Shown here piece by piece: positions 1 through 12,608 of a stretch of 64,000 bases of DNA; the stretch's first letter is position 1, and the number at the start of each line of letters is the position of its first letter. Origin of the DNA: Alloascoidea hylecoeti. Lineage: Eukaryota. The DNA is taken from contig BCKZ01000002.1 in the NCBI GenBank assembly GCA_001600815.1, forward strand, positions 1 through 64,000, written 5' to 3'. The notes beneath the pieces were generated by a model. That model saw only the letters and a list, made by a program, of their open reading frames with translations, did no database searches and was not told the origin of the DNA. Position numbers and translations under genes: made by a program.

Positions 1-888
1 GTTGAAGTAACTCGTCCATCTACTGCAAAACTAGTCAAATCGTCTCCTGCACCAAAAAATCAGCTAATAAAGATGAAAGACTCTTCGTTTTTACTTTCTG
101 CTAAAAATGTTAGCTACAGAGAACCAAATTCTAACCATATGAATATTAAAACAATGCACCCGGCTTCAGAACTGGAGTCAAATCATCATGCTCAACCCAT
201 GCAAAATTTAAAGGTTAAAGAGGGAACTTTAAGTTTAGAATGGTATAAATCTAAAAACTCTTTACTCTCTCCAAAGCTTTCAAATTTATTAAAATTGGAG
301 TCTAGGCCTAGAACTACTTCTCGAATTACAAAAGGCATGATAGGTNGACCGATCTTAGAAACTAGTACAATTGAGTTACAAAGACCTTCATTTTCAGTTT
401 ACAGTCCCGATTCTCCATCTGCACATCAAAATAGACACAAAAAGTTAAGTAATATGACTTCTAAAGAAGAATATCCTACTTCTGGATTCAAAAGAAAGCT
501 TTTTAAACATCTAGACAAAAATATCTTAAATCATGGTTCTAGTCGAAAATCTCCTTCTAGGTTACCAAAAGTTGACACCAATGTAACACCATTGAATGTT
601 ACAAAAGCAATATCGGCTATATCTCAAACACAGGCTTCTTATAAGAAGACAGATCATCGATCCCAAGATCAGGTATATTCTCATAAAGGCGAAGAAAATA
701 ATCCCCCAGTCTGGGTACANCAAGAAACTCAATCGCAAGCAAATCCAATTTGCTTTNAAGATCTCGGAGTAAGTTATAATACAACAAGGCCATTAGGTCA
801 GTATGATCCACCTGGTTTTGGGCCAAAAACCCTAAAGGAAATATCATCTAAAAATGATCTTATAGATATTTTGCTTTCTAGAAGGTAA
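1..888 (+). CDS. 3' part of a Ser/Pro/Lys-rich low-complexity protein of unknown function (5' end probably outside the window)
   Basis: Frame is open from base 1 to TAA at 886-888; no recognisable domain. Confidence 0.55.
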   Translation, partial: VEVTRPSTAKLVKSSPAPKNQLIKMKDSSFLLSAKNVSYREPNSNHMNIKTMHPASELESNHHAQPMQNLKVKEGTLSLEWYKSKNSLLSPKLSNLLKLESRPRTTSRITKGMIGXPILETSTIELQRPSFSVYSPDSPSAHQNRHKKLSNMTSKEEYPTSGFKRKLFKHLDKNILNHGSSRKSPSRLPKVDTNVTPLNVTKAISAISQTQASYKKTDHRSQDQVYSHKGEENNPPVWVXQETQSQANPICFXDLGVSYNTTRPLGQYDPPGFGPKTLKEISSKNDLIDILLSRR

Positions 889-2000
889 AATCANTAAATC
901 AATATTTATAGTACAAGTAATATAGTACTTGTTATACCAAGAAAACTTACAAGTTTCCTATGTAACTTTATATGTAAATTATTGGAACTTTTACTTCTGC
1001 TACTCTTTCCACAGATTTTCTCTTCAGCCATAGTCATCATAGTCTTTGGTTAAAATGATAATTTGCTTAGACATAGTTTCCTCCATTGGATTTACCCTTG
1101 GAATTGGGTTTAAGGTAGATGCGACAGGAGATTATATTCGATGTTTAGTTTGTCAATATTTTTTGTTTCTCGTCCATTAAAACCAGGAAAGTGGAATTAG
1201 TTTCTAGTGGGCGGAATTATTTAATCTATAAGTATACTTATTTATATAATTTATCACGGCAATATATGAAAGAGTATCTTTTGAAACATCATAATTATCA
1301 GGTATTGAAATCGTCTCAACGTGGCAAATTGGCAATGCATATGCGTATTTCATTATTGTTGTTTCTACATGCATCCTTATGCATTAATAAGCGCAGCTCA
1401 TGTGTCAAAATTAAGCTTTCAAAATAATATAAGCTTATTTATTCACAAAAAAAATTAGCAATAAACAAAATTTAAACCTTTTACAATTATAGTGACAAAT
1501 TCCTCCTCAATTTATCAAAATTAATAATATATATTTAAAACTCCTTTACAAAAATATTATACAAATGAGCCAATAAAAATCTTTTTGAACAAAAAATATA
1601 ACATTATACCTCTATTATAGTTTCATGTTATAGTTAGTCTTTTTAATAAAGAATATAGATGTAATTCAGTAAAGAACAACCTGTGAAGTGGATTCTGTTC
1701 TCCTTTTATCTTGTTTCTAATTAGCTAATTTATTATATAACTATTTAATGTGTAGTAAGTTTAAGCAAAAGCAGCTATTACTATTAAGGAAAGTTCTGGC
1801 GAACGTCACCTATAATTTCAATACCCAGATGGAATAAAAAGAGTTAACCGGAATATATGTAAAAAGAATGTAATAATAACTAGATGTAATAATGAATTAT
1901 CAATCTACAGTTGTTAGATTGAGAAAAAAAGGCAGGCATAAAAATTTATTAGCATTTAATGAAGATGAGCTTTATTCAAAAGCACGAGTTGGTGAAACAA

Positions 2001-3071
2001 TCAAATAACGGTTTCATTTTGAGTTTTCGCAGTATCCTGGAGATTGTCCAGCAATGTATAAGTATCTCTTGCAATAGTACTGTTGTAGAGGATAGCATCT
2101 AAAGCTTCTCGACCTTTCGGATAGTCCGAATGTCTTTTGTACAAAGCATTGTCTGATAAGGAGGCACCAGCCTGGAAGACATTAATCGTGGCAACAGCAC
2201 CGTCTACAGCAGCCATAACGCAGAATTCAGCACCACCAGCACCAATAGCCATTGGTTGAGCTCCACGACCTGTTTTCGCGGATGGGTTCAGTGGATCAAT
2301 CAAACAAGGACCACCGAAGCATTTTGAAGGATCATCACAGGTGATGCTGATACCGAAATCAGGCATCTCATCCCTAAATGGGGTTTCAGGTTCAATATAA
2401 ATAGGATTCCAGCCGACCATCATGAAAGTAGTACCATATTTATCCATATTTCCACCAGCAATATATGGAGACCAATTACCAATTGGAGTCTTTCTTGTAC
2501 CCCAAACACAGGCATCTGTTGCATTGTAACCAGGTGGGTTGACAAAGTAATGGCTAGCGGTTTCTGCCCAGTATGAATCGTCGGGAACAGCCAATGTAGT
2601 ATTGGGTGAGTGACCTTCAACTGATGTTGGAATCAACATTGCCTCATTACCTGGCAAAACAGTTTGACAAAAGGCAACAACATCCTCTAATCGATTGCTA
2701 ACTTCAAGAGTGCCAACACCATCAACGCAAAATGGCCTGTCTGGGAAAGGAATTTCCAGCTCACCATCAGAGTTACAATACAAACCTCCATATTGTGATT
2801 CGGGATAGGTATAAGTTGTAACTTCTGGGTCCCATTGGGNCATTAATTGACCTGGCGGGCATGCATAAGGGCACCAGCTATCAGCATGGCAAGATCTATC
2901 AGGAGAGATTGCCCAACCACCATTTAACTCGTCGGGAGTGACAGCGGTAAGATTTTCATTTTTTGGAAATTTGCAAGTAATTCTTCTTTTATCATAGCTC
3001 TTTATATGAATAGCCGAGCATTCATACATAACTAAGACCAAAAGACTAGCTGCAACAAGAATAGAATACAT
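2001..3071 (-). CDS. Secreted SUN-domain (GH132 beta-glucanase-like) protein, Adg3/YMR244W-like type
   Basis: Signal peptide, KRR dibasic site, Cys-rich SUN motifs (CPYACPPGQ, GGLYCNSDGEL, VAFCQTVLPGNEAMLIPT, GNWSPY). Confidence 0.88.
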   Translation of the reverse strand: MYSILVAASLLVLVMYECSAIHIKSYDKRRITCKFPKNENLTAVTPDELNGGWAISPDRSCHADSWCPYACPPGQLMXQWDPEVTTYTYPESQYGGLYCNSDGELEIPFPDRPFCVDGVGTLEVSNRLEDVVAFCQTVLPGNEAMLIPTSVEGHSPNTTLAVPDDSYWAETASHYFVNPPGYNATDACVWGTRKTPIGNWSPYIAGGNMDKYGTTFMMVGWNPIYIEPETPFRDEMPDFGISITCDDPSKCFGGPCLIDPLNPSAKTGRGAQPMAIGAGGAEFCVMAAVDGAVATINVFQAGASLSDNALYKRHSDYPKGREALDAILYNSTIARDTYTLLDNLQDTAKTQNETVI

Positions 3072-5211
3072 TATTAAAAAAGTTAACTAAATAAAAGTTA
3101 TATTGAAAGGATAGTAATCTTCTGCTAATTGAAAATATTATATAAAAATCAAGGGAGTATATGGTACCGCTTTATATAAAAAATATATATATCATTAATC
3201 TACATTGGATTGCTTTTTTCTTTCTTTTTTTACCTCTTGAATAGATCTGATATGAACTTAAAATTACTTCTCATCTAGAAGACAAACTCATATGTATAAA
3301 CTTCTTAATTTTAAACTTTATCATAACATTTTTGAAAAATGTCGTACTTATGGTTCTTTCATCGTCCACTTTCTGTCAAAGAGATGGGCTAATTTTAGGA
3401 GTCTTTCTCCTTTTATTTTTCTGCTTAACTCTATATACCAAAAGGTTTGTGATTTTGAACGATCATGGGTACCTAAGGATATTTTGCATATAGTAACCGA
3501 TATTATCTAGTAATGCACATCATGTTTACTTTGAGGACGCTTGGAAAATATTTGGTTAGTATTTAATTTTAATAGGACAAATCTAGATTTTGATCAATTT
3601 CCATAATAGTATATAGCTATCTCCTTTTGGATATGTAATACAGTATGGAATACTATATTCGAATGTGTCCTATAGGCATATATTATATATATTATCCAAT
3701 TTTATTTAGACTCTTAATTATATATATAGGCTTACAATTGCAATATAACACTACTTACAAGTATCTAAATGGTTTATGATTATAATATTTATAGTAAATA
3801 ATAAGATTTTCGATAATAAAATATATATACGGGTATTGTCTACAGCTATAAATTGATATAGCTATTNGAATATATCCTTGACGAGTACGTGCATACAACC
3901 ACTTTCAACATTCAAAAGTTATCATAAGTACTAAGATCTTAGAATTATAGTGTAAAAATGGAATTCGAATCTGTAAATATAATTATTATTTATAGATACC
4001 ATATAGAGTTTTTGTTTTGAAAACATCTCAATTCATTATTACCTCTAGGCTGTACTCGAAAGTAGGCACAACAAATCTAGTTTTAGCTTGAAAAAGGTAG
4101 GGAGAAAATAGTATTTATTTAAGGTGAAAAATCAAGTTTAAGTTTATATTTGGATGCAGTTACAAGTGCTAGTGCTACAAACCGCATATATAGTATTAGA
4201 GGACTATACACATATTTGTTTGCCAGAACATATATTGTTTAAGAGTCGAGACTTATGCAATCCTCGAAATGATTTTNATAATAATATTAGTATAGACTTC
4301 ATAAGCATGCTGATCGTAGAATTATTGTAGAATCGATTGACGGATCATGTAATGAGTCCATTTCCTCGGTTTAATATACATATATTATTGAGATAATAAA
4401 TACTTTCAATTAATAGTCACTACAGATTACCTAAGCCATATATCTATAAAAGATGACACTATAACCCGTATACCCGTATCATAGAGGAGTTATTAGAGTA
4501 GGAAAGCACAGCTATCGGTAAATCTCTACACCTCGAATTAGGGTTAGCAATTAGACTTAGAAGTACTGATTTCAAGCTTTCCAGTACAAGTAAGGTACGA
4601 TAATTGTAATTTTATAGTTACTATTAACTTAGTAGGCAAACATCCGGTTCCTATCCGATGGTATCCTAAATAAAGGAACGTCATAGAGCCTGGATAACAT
4701 CGCGTGACACTCATAGTCCATAGCTATATCTGTAGCTAGATATCTGTAGCTAGATATAGCTAATTGGAGTATTTCTTTTTTCACAGGCCTCTCGTAATCA
4801 ACGGCAGCTGGCAGCTGCACAAGGTAATGTGAAGAAGGAGCGGAAAATAAAACCTCCAAAAATTGGACGCGTAAACTTACTTTATTTATAATCCACCATT
4901 ATACCATCCCAAAGAAGAACTTTAATTCGGAGTGGTAAAGGGACAAGTTTGAGATTACATTGTTTAGGAGCAGTTGAATATCTCGCAACAAAATTGCAAA
5001 ATACTTCATCGTTCCCAGATCTTCCCTAAGGAGTAGGTTATATAAAACTCCTTCAATCGAATAGTTTAATACAAAACAAAAACTTTCGGTGTTTCATGAT
5101 GATGAGATATTAGAGAACACTCAGGAAATGATTAAAAGAAGCTATGTAATATTCATCACCTAAATATCTCAGANATGAGNAGAGGAAAAATGATTCGCTA
5201 CGTACTCAAAA

Positions 5212-5574
5212 AGTGGCTATATTAATACCAATTTGATTATTGAATAGATCAAAAACTGCTTTCCCCCAAGAAAAAGATAAAAGAACCCTCCTCATCTCAG
5301 ATGGTCATGCATGGATAGACGCTTGAAAATANAAATAAAANAGACACCTGCAAGAAAGACATAATACATTTGCGTATTCTTNTTGAGATATCACAAGTTC
5401 TTGACGTTTGCTTCTCCCCATTGAAAAGATATTGACATCGAGCAACTCAGGAATTTTACTCAAAAGAATCGAAATCACGTAGAGTCCAAAATGATGATTT
5501 TGTTGGTATTTATAGAACAAGAAAATTAGTAAGATAAATAAACATCTGGTTTTAGATCGACGGGTATATATCCA
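5212..5574 (+). mobile_element. Degenerate pogo/Fot1-type (DDE_1) transposase relic
   Basis: Ordered fragments broken by stops and frameshifts: SGYINTNLIIE*IKNCFP, RTLLISDGHA, QVLDVCFSPLKRY, SGFRSTGIYP. They follow the Fot1/pogo motif order (GW...W...LLILDGH.SH...QPLDV..F.PLK...GF..TGI.P). Confidence 0.7.
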
Positions 5575-6611
5575 GCCGTCGGTTCCCCTTACAGGATAAG
5601 GAAAACATTCTAGATGAAAATAAAAAGTACTTAGANGATGAATTGCTATTTAATAACGTCACACATGAAGAAAACTGTAGCTAATNAGNGAGTGTGTGAT
5701 GTCAGCATAAAAGATGAGGCAACTAAGTTACTTACGGAGGAGGTGAACATGAATAGGAGGAACTTTACTCACTTATCNGATCACAACCCAATCAGTGATT
5801 AAATATGACAAAGCGCTCGGAAAGGTACTTAACTGGNGTAGTTACAATCGNCGCAATTGTTCCTTGTATTACAGAAATGATTAAAGAAATAAAATCAATT
5901 TCAAGGGAAAAAAGCTCATCAGTGAAGCTACGAGAATAGTTGCAATAATAGAGCAGTTGGATAACCCATTATCTAGTCCTCCACTTGACGATTTATAAAT
6001 TTACATATACATAGGTTTATATAATTTATACTACAGTATATATAAAGCTCATATTTTCTTTCGATAAATGTGTACATGTTTTGATTTTTGATTTTCCCTT
6101 AACAAAGGTGGGTTCCCTCGCAAGAGAACCTCCAAATAAATCGATAATGTATACAGTATATAATTACTACTGGAAAATAAATTCACATCAATTCTATTCT
6201 AGAAAACGATGTAGTTGCAATTGTAGTTATCAATTCAGTACGTGTATGTTTAACCATATGCATAGTTAACTGCAATACGNTCCGGAAGCATAATAAATTT
6301 TCCAGTTTGGGTAATTTTTGGATTCATACAGAACCATACTAAAGTTTGGGATATAAAGAGCNTCTAAAGAAGTTTCTGAATTTTATATTATCGTTAACTT
6401 CAGTTTAATTTTGTGTAAGTATGAGGAGAAACATCAATCAAATTCATCACAGGCGGAAATGAGCAATATATTTTACAATTACAATTGCAATACGTATATG
6501 ACATATTCATTTCATAAATAAATGAGCCCTAATCCAATTTTTCGAATTCTTTTTCCTACAAGAATCCTATGTAATAAATTCAAAATTATAGTAGGTAGTA
6601 GTTACCCAGGC

Positions 6612-6711
6612 NNNNNNNNNNNNNNNNNNNNNNNNNNNNNNNNNNNNNNNNNNNNNNNNNNNNNNNNNNNNNNNNNNNNNNNNNNNNNNNNNNNNNNNNN
6701 NNNNNNNNNNN
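6612..6711. other. Scaffold gap (100 N)
   Basis: Run of 100 N. Confidence 0.99.
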
Positions 6712-7292
6712 ATATAGATGTTTAAATTTGAATGTACATCTTTCATTATTGATATTGGGGTCACATTTGGCAATAACATTGCGATTAATATTAAAACAAT
6801 ACTCGTCTTAAGCTTGTAATATATAAAGCTTTATANCAATATATCATAACACAATGTTGATATGCGCGGACAAAACCACTTAAATTATATGGATATGATA
6901 CAATTGCAATTAATCAATTTCCTCGTCTTTCAAGTCAGTACGGACACTTGGACAAACTATATATCAGCGNATGTGTATTANATATTCTCTAGATATAATA
7001 GAATATAAGTAGTCGTCGGTATAAGTGAGCTACTTAGAGAAACTAATTTTCTTTGATCTATCATTACAACTTGGTGTGTTTTTGAACCAAATATTTCAAC
7101 AGTATATAATAAGCTTAAGGGCTCATAGAATCACCGTTCGCAGTAGTCTAAAGCTTCTAGGATTNTAATTAAATAATAAATATTATAGAAAATAGATTAT
7201 AATTATACTCATACGGCTAATACTATAGAATCTATAGAGTAGTAATCCATGGCCATGTGTTAAAGATAACATGCTGTAAAATTGTGTAAATA

Positions 7293-7588
7293 CAGTGATC
7301 CCGCTAAATTCTGGAATGAAAAAAAAAAAAAAAAAAAAAAAAAAAATAAGTAATATTAATTATAAATTTATTAACAGTACTAATCTCATAGTCAGTGTAA
7401 TTAACACCGAGAATCCCCTGCTCAAATTATGTTAGAAATTAGAGATTATTTGTTCTCTAGTTCATATTAGGTAGCTATAATAGGTGTTTCAGCTAATTCA
7501 CCCTTAAAACAATCACTAAATCATTATACTATATAATCAACAAAATGCTACCTAATTAATTTCATTTTCCGGTATCTACTATCCACTG
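7293..7588. mobile_element. Possible degenerate TA-flanked Tc1/pogo-like MITE containing a 28-nt poly-A run
   Basis: Left end TA|CAGTGATCCCGCTAAATTCTGGAATGAA; right end (reverse complement) TA|CAGTGGATAGTAGATACCGGAAAATGAA; poly-A at 7319-7346. Confidence 0.35.
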
Positions 7589-8503
7589 TATCTAGTATTT
7601 TCAATGTGAATATCCCATCCAATAGATACCGCTGATTTTGTCCCTCATTTTCACATGGGTTAAATCTCATGGATTAAATCTTGGGGTTTTTCCATTATTA
7701 ACGTCATAGGTCTAGGGCAAAAAGAAAGCCTGATCATGATATGATTTGCAATTAATCGGTTATTTTCATGTATAGATTATGCAAATCCTGCCAATCGCTC
7801 CAAAATAATCTAAACAAAAAGAAAAAGTGTCAAACTCCGGGGTAGAATATCCGTTTTTACAAATGATCATGGATCAGGTTAATAAATGATGGAACACACA
7901 ATTATAAAAGAAATAACCGAATAATCCCAATAACACAGATCATGCCATCTACTGTTTACACTTTACGCTTCCAATTACGTTAATTAAATTAAGGTTAGTT
8001 GCAGGAAATACATCGTGAGCGGAGAATATATAAATTATTAGAGATCATCGCATTTTATGGGTTATTTTTTTATTAATAAGGAAAGTTCGGTATATAAATG
8101 GCGCTTTTAGAAAAACACCTTTACGTACATGGTTAACCGTTTTTATCGATTGCTAAAAGAAAGTTTTTATAAGAGCCACACTTCGTTGGAATTTTACAAA
8201 TTTTATTTTTTTTCAATTTTCCTTCTTCCTTCTTTCACTTTTACCTTTCTCGACAAATATAGTTATTTGGTATTTGCTGCCATCAATATTGATCTGGTTT
8301 CTACAACACCGAGTTAGTTCAGAAAAATAAACGGAAAAACACATAATTATACACCACATATACGGAAAGAAATAAATATACTCAAGCTAACCATTTATTT
8401 GTTTTTTTTTGACTATATTTACAGTTTGAATCATAATATACATCCTCAAATCCTTGTACCGCAAAGAAATCATTTTCACTTACAATAACGATAAGGATAC
8501 AAA

Positions 8504-9643
8504 ATGTCAACCCGGAGTTTACCACTTATAACTNAACAACAATTAGCGTCTCTTAAATCAGCTGGGAANTGTATTGTTACATTAAATAACAGACAAGTAT
8601 TTGATGTCACTGATTTCATAGATGACCACCCAGGTGGTGGTGATATAATTGAAGAATGGTCGCAAAAAGATATTACTGATATCATGAGAGATGTTTANTC
8701 TCATGTTCATTCTGAATCTGCCTATGAAATGATGGAAGAAAATTATCTAATCGCTGTACTTGTCAATGAAAGTGAAATCAAACAGCATGGTTTAGATAAA
8801 GATTTGTTAGATTTAGAAGGTAGAGATATTGGGTTAACAAAGAGGAAACCATTTGAATTAACTGGTATTTCATCAGCCGCCGAGATGGAAATTAAAACAG
8901 ATTATGAAAGTGATTATAAAAAACATAAATTTTTAGATCTTAGTAAACCATTATTGAAGCAGGTTCTTTTCGGTGGATTTTCAAAAGATTTCTATCTGGA
9001 TCAAGTGCATCGGCCAAGACATTATGGTAAAGGTTCAGTTCCATTGTTTGGAAATTTTTTAGAACCTCTTTCAAAAACACCATGGTGGGTTATTCCTACA
9101 TTATGGTTACCTACTAATGGGTTTCTTTGGTATCTAGCTTCAGAAGGCCTAAGATTGATTGACTTGGTTACGTGTCTTTTCGTTGGTTTATTGTTGTGGA
9201 CATTGATTGAATACAGTATGCATCGATTCTTATTTCATCTAGATAATTATCTGCCAGATAATAGTGTTGCATTAACTGTCCATTTTCTATTACATGGAGT
9301 TCATCATTATTTACCAATGGATGGCTTAAGACTTGTTATGCCGCCAACATTATTTGTTGCACTTGCCACACCATTTTGGAGACTAGCACAGTCTATTCTA
9401 CCATATTATTGGGCAATTGGTATTTTTGCAGGTGGAACGCTTGGATATATCATTTATGATATGACACATTATTTCTTGCATCATAAACAATTACCCAAAT
9501 TTTTCAGTGATTTAAAAGAAAATCATATGGAGCATCATTATAAAAATTANGAGCTAGGATTTGGAGTTACGTCTACCTTATGGGATCATATTTTAAGGAC
9601 AACTTTCCCCTTCTATGAAACTAAAAAGGGTGGAAGCTCATAA
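8504..9643 (+). CDS. SCS7: Sphingolipid fatty-acid alpha-hydroxylase (cytochrome b5 plus FA hydroxylase domains)
   Basis: HPGG cytochrome b5 motif; His boxes HRFLFH, LHGVHH, HYFLHH and HMEHH; FYLDQVHRPRHYG motif. Confidence 0.96.
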   Translation: MSTRSLPLITXQQLASLKSAGXCIVTLNNRQVFDVTDFIDDHPGGGDIIEEWSQKDITDIMRDVXSHVHSESAYEMMEENYLIAVLVNESEIKQHGLDKDLLDLEGRDIGLTKRKPFELTGISSAAEMEIKTDYESDYKKHKFLDLSKPLLKQVLFGGFSKDFYLDQVHRPRHYGKGSVPLFGNFLEPLSKTPWWVIPTLWLPTNGFLWYLASEGLRLIDLVTCLFVGLLLWTLIEYSMHRFLFHLDNYLPDNSVALTVHFLLHGVHHYLPMDGLRLVMPPTLFVALATPFWRLAQSILPYYWAIGIFAGGTLGYIIYDMTHYFLHHKQLPKFFSDLKENHMEHHYKNXELGFGVTSTLWDHILRTTFPFYETKKGGSS

Positions 9644-10272
9644 AACAAACTTAACATAATATATGCAATCGGTAGAACCATATAAGGCTGATAGGNATAA
9701 GACTCTGGGAGGCTAACAATATTTTTTTTAATTATTCATTTTTAGCGAAGTTGGATTTTTGGTACCTAAATTTACATTTATGACTATAATTAATTAATAC
9801 TACTTGACTTAATTTATGTATGAACATCGAACACATTAATTAAGATATAATCTAATAAACAATAATATATATCGATATCTAAATCTGATTAATATATTAA
9901 TGTATATATATTTGGTATTTGTCCACTCCTTTTAAACCTGAAGCTGTAGATCTAACCATGATCATGAAAGTTTTGGATTCTGTAGTATATATAATATGAT
10001 TTATGCGCAAATCGCTCCAATTGTTTNGTTTTTACCGGGCTTCATAATTATCATCGACCGTATACACTGTATAGCCTACCATATAAACCAATCTTAAGAC
10101 AAGGCTATAAGGTTGAGGCGTTGCTTTCTATAAGTTTTCAATTGTTCGGATATAACGTTTAAATTTAAATTATACGAGAAAAAGAACCTTTCAAGTTTAC
10201 AAAAGCAAGCTTCGAAGGTTTATGTTCCCATTGCAATTGACTATCATAGTGATAATGATCTTATACAAGCCT

Positions 10273-10312
10273 TGTTATAGCACATTGTTTAATGTTATAG
10301 CACATTGTTTAA
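10273..10312. repeat. Perfect 20-bp tandem duplication upstream of CNA1
   Basis: (TGTTATAGCACATTGTTTAA)x2. Confidence 0.9.
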
Positions 10313-10486
10313 CTAAAGAGAAAATATTAATAGCGATCTAGAGGGATATTTTCTTCGTCCTCATCCGCATTCCTAATAAAAAAAATAGAAAAACCCGTAT
10401 ATGAGATTATTATAAATAACACCCATACTTCCCCTGAATCATCGTTATTGCTGACATTTCGTTTATTACACAAACCATCGATATCC

Positions 10487-12330
10487 ATGAAGAGATACAA
10501 CCCCAGGCCTCAGACTGACCCTCGCGACAATCGTCACACACCGGCCGCTGGTGGACAGCATCCAAGTTCACCTTCCCAAGGAACCCCCCAAGGAACTCCA
10601 AATTCTACTGGCTTGTCACACTCAGAAAAGTTGGAGAAGGTAGCTCAATCTATTTCAAACAAAAAGATTATTAGTGCTGAAGGAGTAGAAGATCATACGA
10701 TATATATCGAAAAAGACGGCACTGTACAAAAAACAGATGAAAGAATTGTTAAAAGTATGAATTATTGCGAAATATAAATATATCTAAAATTAGAAGCCAT
10801 CAAGAGTCGTCTGAATCTGATACTACTAATATTAATATTAATATTATACTAACTGCACTTATTTCCTAATTAGCTATTCTTCCTCCAATAGCAACAAAAC
10901 CTTCAGATGATCAAGTTTTTTTACCAAATGGTCTCCCCAATATCCCATTCTTAAAAAATCATTTCATACGTGAGGGACGCCTAACAGATGAACAGGCCCT
11001 AAAAATCATCGAAAAAGCGTCCAGTTATTTCCGTGCCGAATCTAACTTGCTCCCCATTCCTGCTCCAGTAACAATTTGTGGTGATGTTCACGGTCAATAC
11101 TATGATTTAATGAAATTATTTGAGCTCGGTGGTGATCCAGCCGAACGTAATTACCTATTTTTAGGTGATTATGTAGATAGGGGTTATTTTTCAATCGAAT
11201 GCTTACTTTATTTATATTCTATGAAGATAACATACCCAAGGACTTTTTTCATGTTGCGTGGTAATCATGAGTGTCGACATTTGACGGAATATTTTACTTT
11301 TAAAATGGAATGTAAAAGGAANTATTCAATGGAAATTTATGATGCTTGTATGAACTCTTTTGATACATTACCATTAACTGCATTAATTAATAAGAAATTC
11401 TTTTGTGTACATGGTGGGCTATCACCAGAGCTAAAAACATTGGATGATATATTGGCACTTGATAGATTTCAAGAGCCTCCAAGTCGTGGACTAATGTGTG
11501 ATTTATTATGGTCTGATCCATTAGAAGATTACGATAAATCAACAACAAGGTCTAATTTTTTAAACAATGATGCAAGAGGTTGTTCATATTTTTATACCTA
11601 TAATGCCGTTGCAGCATTTCTTGAAAGAAATAACTTGTATTCGATGATTAGGGCACATGAAGCACAGGCTGATGGTTATAGATTATACAAAAAATCCACG
11701 AAAACGAAATTTCCAAGTATATTCACTATATTTTCTGCGCCAAATTATTCAGATTCTTATGGGAATAAAGCTGCAATCGTTAAATATGATAACAATGAAT
11801 TCAGTATTCGACAATTTAATGCATCAAAACACCCATATTGGTTGCCAAATTTCAAGGATGTCTTTAGTTGGTCTTTGCCCTTTGTTGGTGAAAAGGTAAC
11901 TCAAATGTTAATGGCAATTCTTAATATATGTACAGAGGAGGAATTGGCAAGTGACGAGCCACTGACTGAAGATGAAGAACGTGAAGCTAAAAGAAGAGCT
12001 TTACGTAAGAAAGTTATTGCAATTGGAAGAATGTCGAATATGTTCTCTGTATTACGTGAAGAATCTGAAAGTGTCAATAAACTCAAATTTGCGCATGGAG
12101 GTANATTACCTTCTGGTACATTAATGTCAGGATCTGAGGCAGTTAAAGAATCTGTTCATTCATTTTCTGACGCTAGGAGATTGGATAGAGCAAACGAAGC
12201 TTTACCTCCTGCTTTTAACCAAGAAGAACACGATCAAGAGATTCAAGAGAAGATTTATAGAATTAATAGTGCTACTGATAACGATGCTGAGCTGAATAAT
12301 CTGGTAAGGTCATTAAGCAAATCTATTTGA
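10487..12330 (+). CDS. CNA1: Calcineurin catalytic subunit A; exons 10487-10754 and 10874-12330
   Basis: Intron 10755-10873 (GTATGA...TACTAAC at 10847...TAG) joins the frames. PPP motifs GDVHGQ, GDYVDRG, RGNHE and SAPNY; CnB-binding helix; calmodulin-binding and autoinhibitory segments. Confidence 0.96.
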
Positions 12331-12536
12331 AGCTTAAATAATTATATAATTAATTGACTTATAACATGTTCTGTTTCTTGATACTACTTTAAATTTAGTT
12401 TTATGTTCAATGCGAAAGGCACAATTAGCTATCATATACACCTATATATTATAATACACTTTCTTTTTATACATACAAGTATATTAATACCATGAAATCC
12501 TTCAAACAAGATTTATGTTCAGTTTTTTTGCACCTG

Positions 12537-12570
12537 TTACCCGGCCATTGCTAGTAGTTTGAGTGGCAAT
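12537..12570 (+). promoter_or_regulatory. Reb1-type site (TTACCCGG) and Rpn4/PACE-like element (AGTGGCAAT) in the PRE10 promoter
   Basis: TTACCCGG at 12537-12544; AGTGGCAAT at 12562-12570, close to PACE GGTGGCAAA, about 40 bp before a proteasome gene ATG. Confidence 0.55.
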
Positions 12571-12608
12571 ATCACCTCTTTACTTCATTACTTAAAAGCA
12601 GTTTAGAG

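Noticed and set aside
4726..4757. 14-bp tandem repeat ATATCTGTAGCTAG
   Set aside because: A simple slippage duplication in transposon debris with no sign of function.
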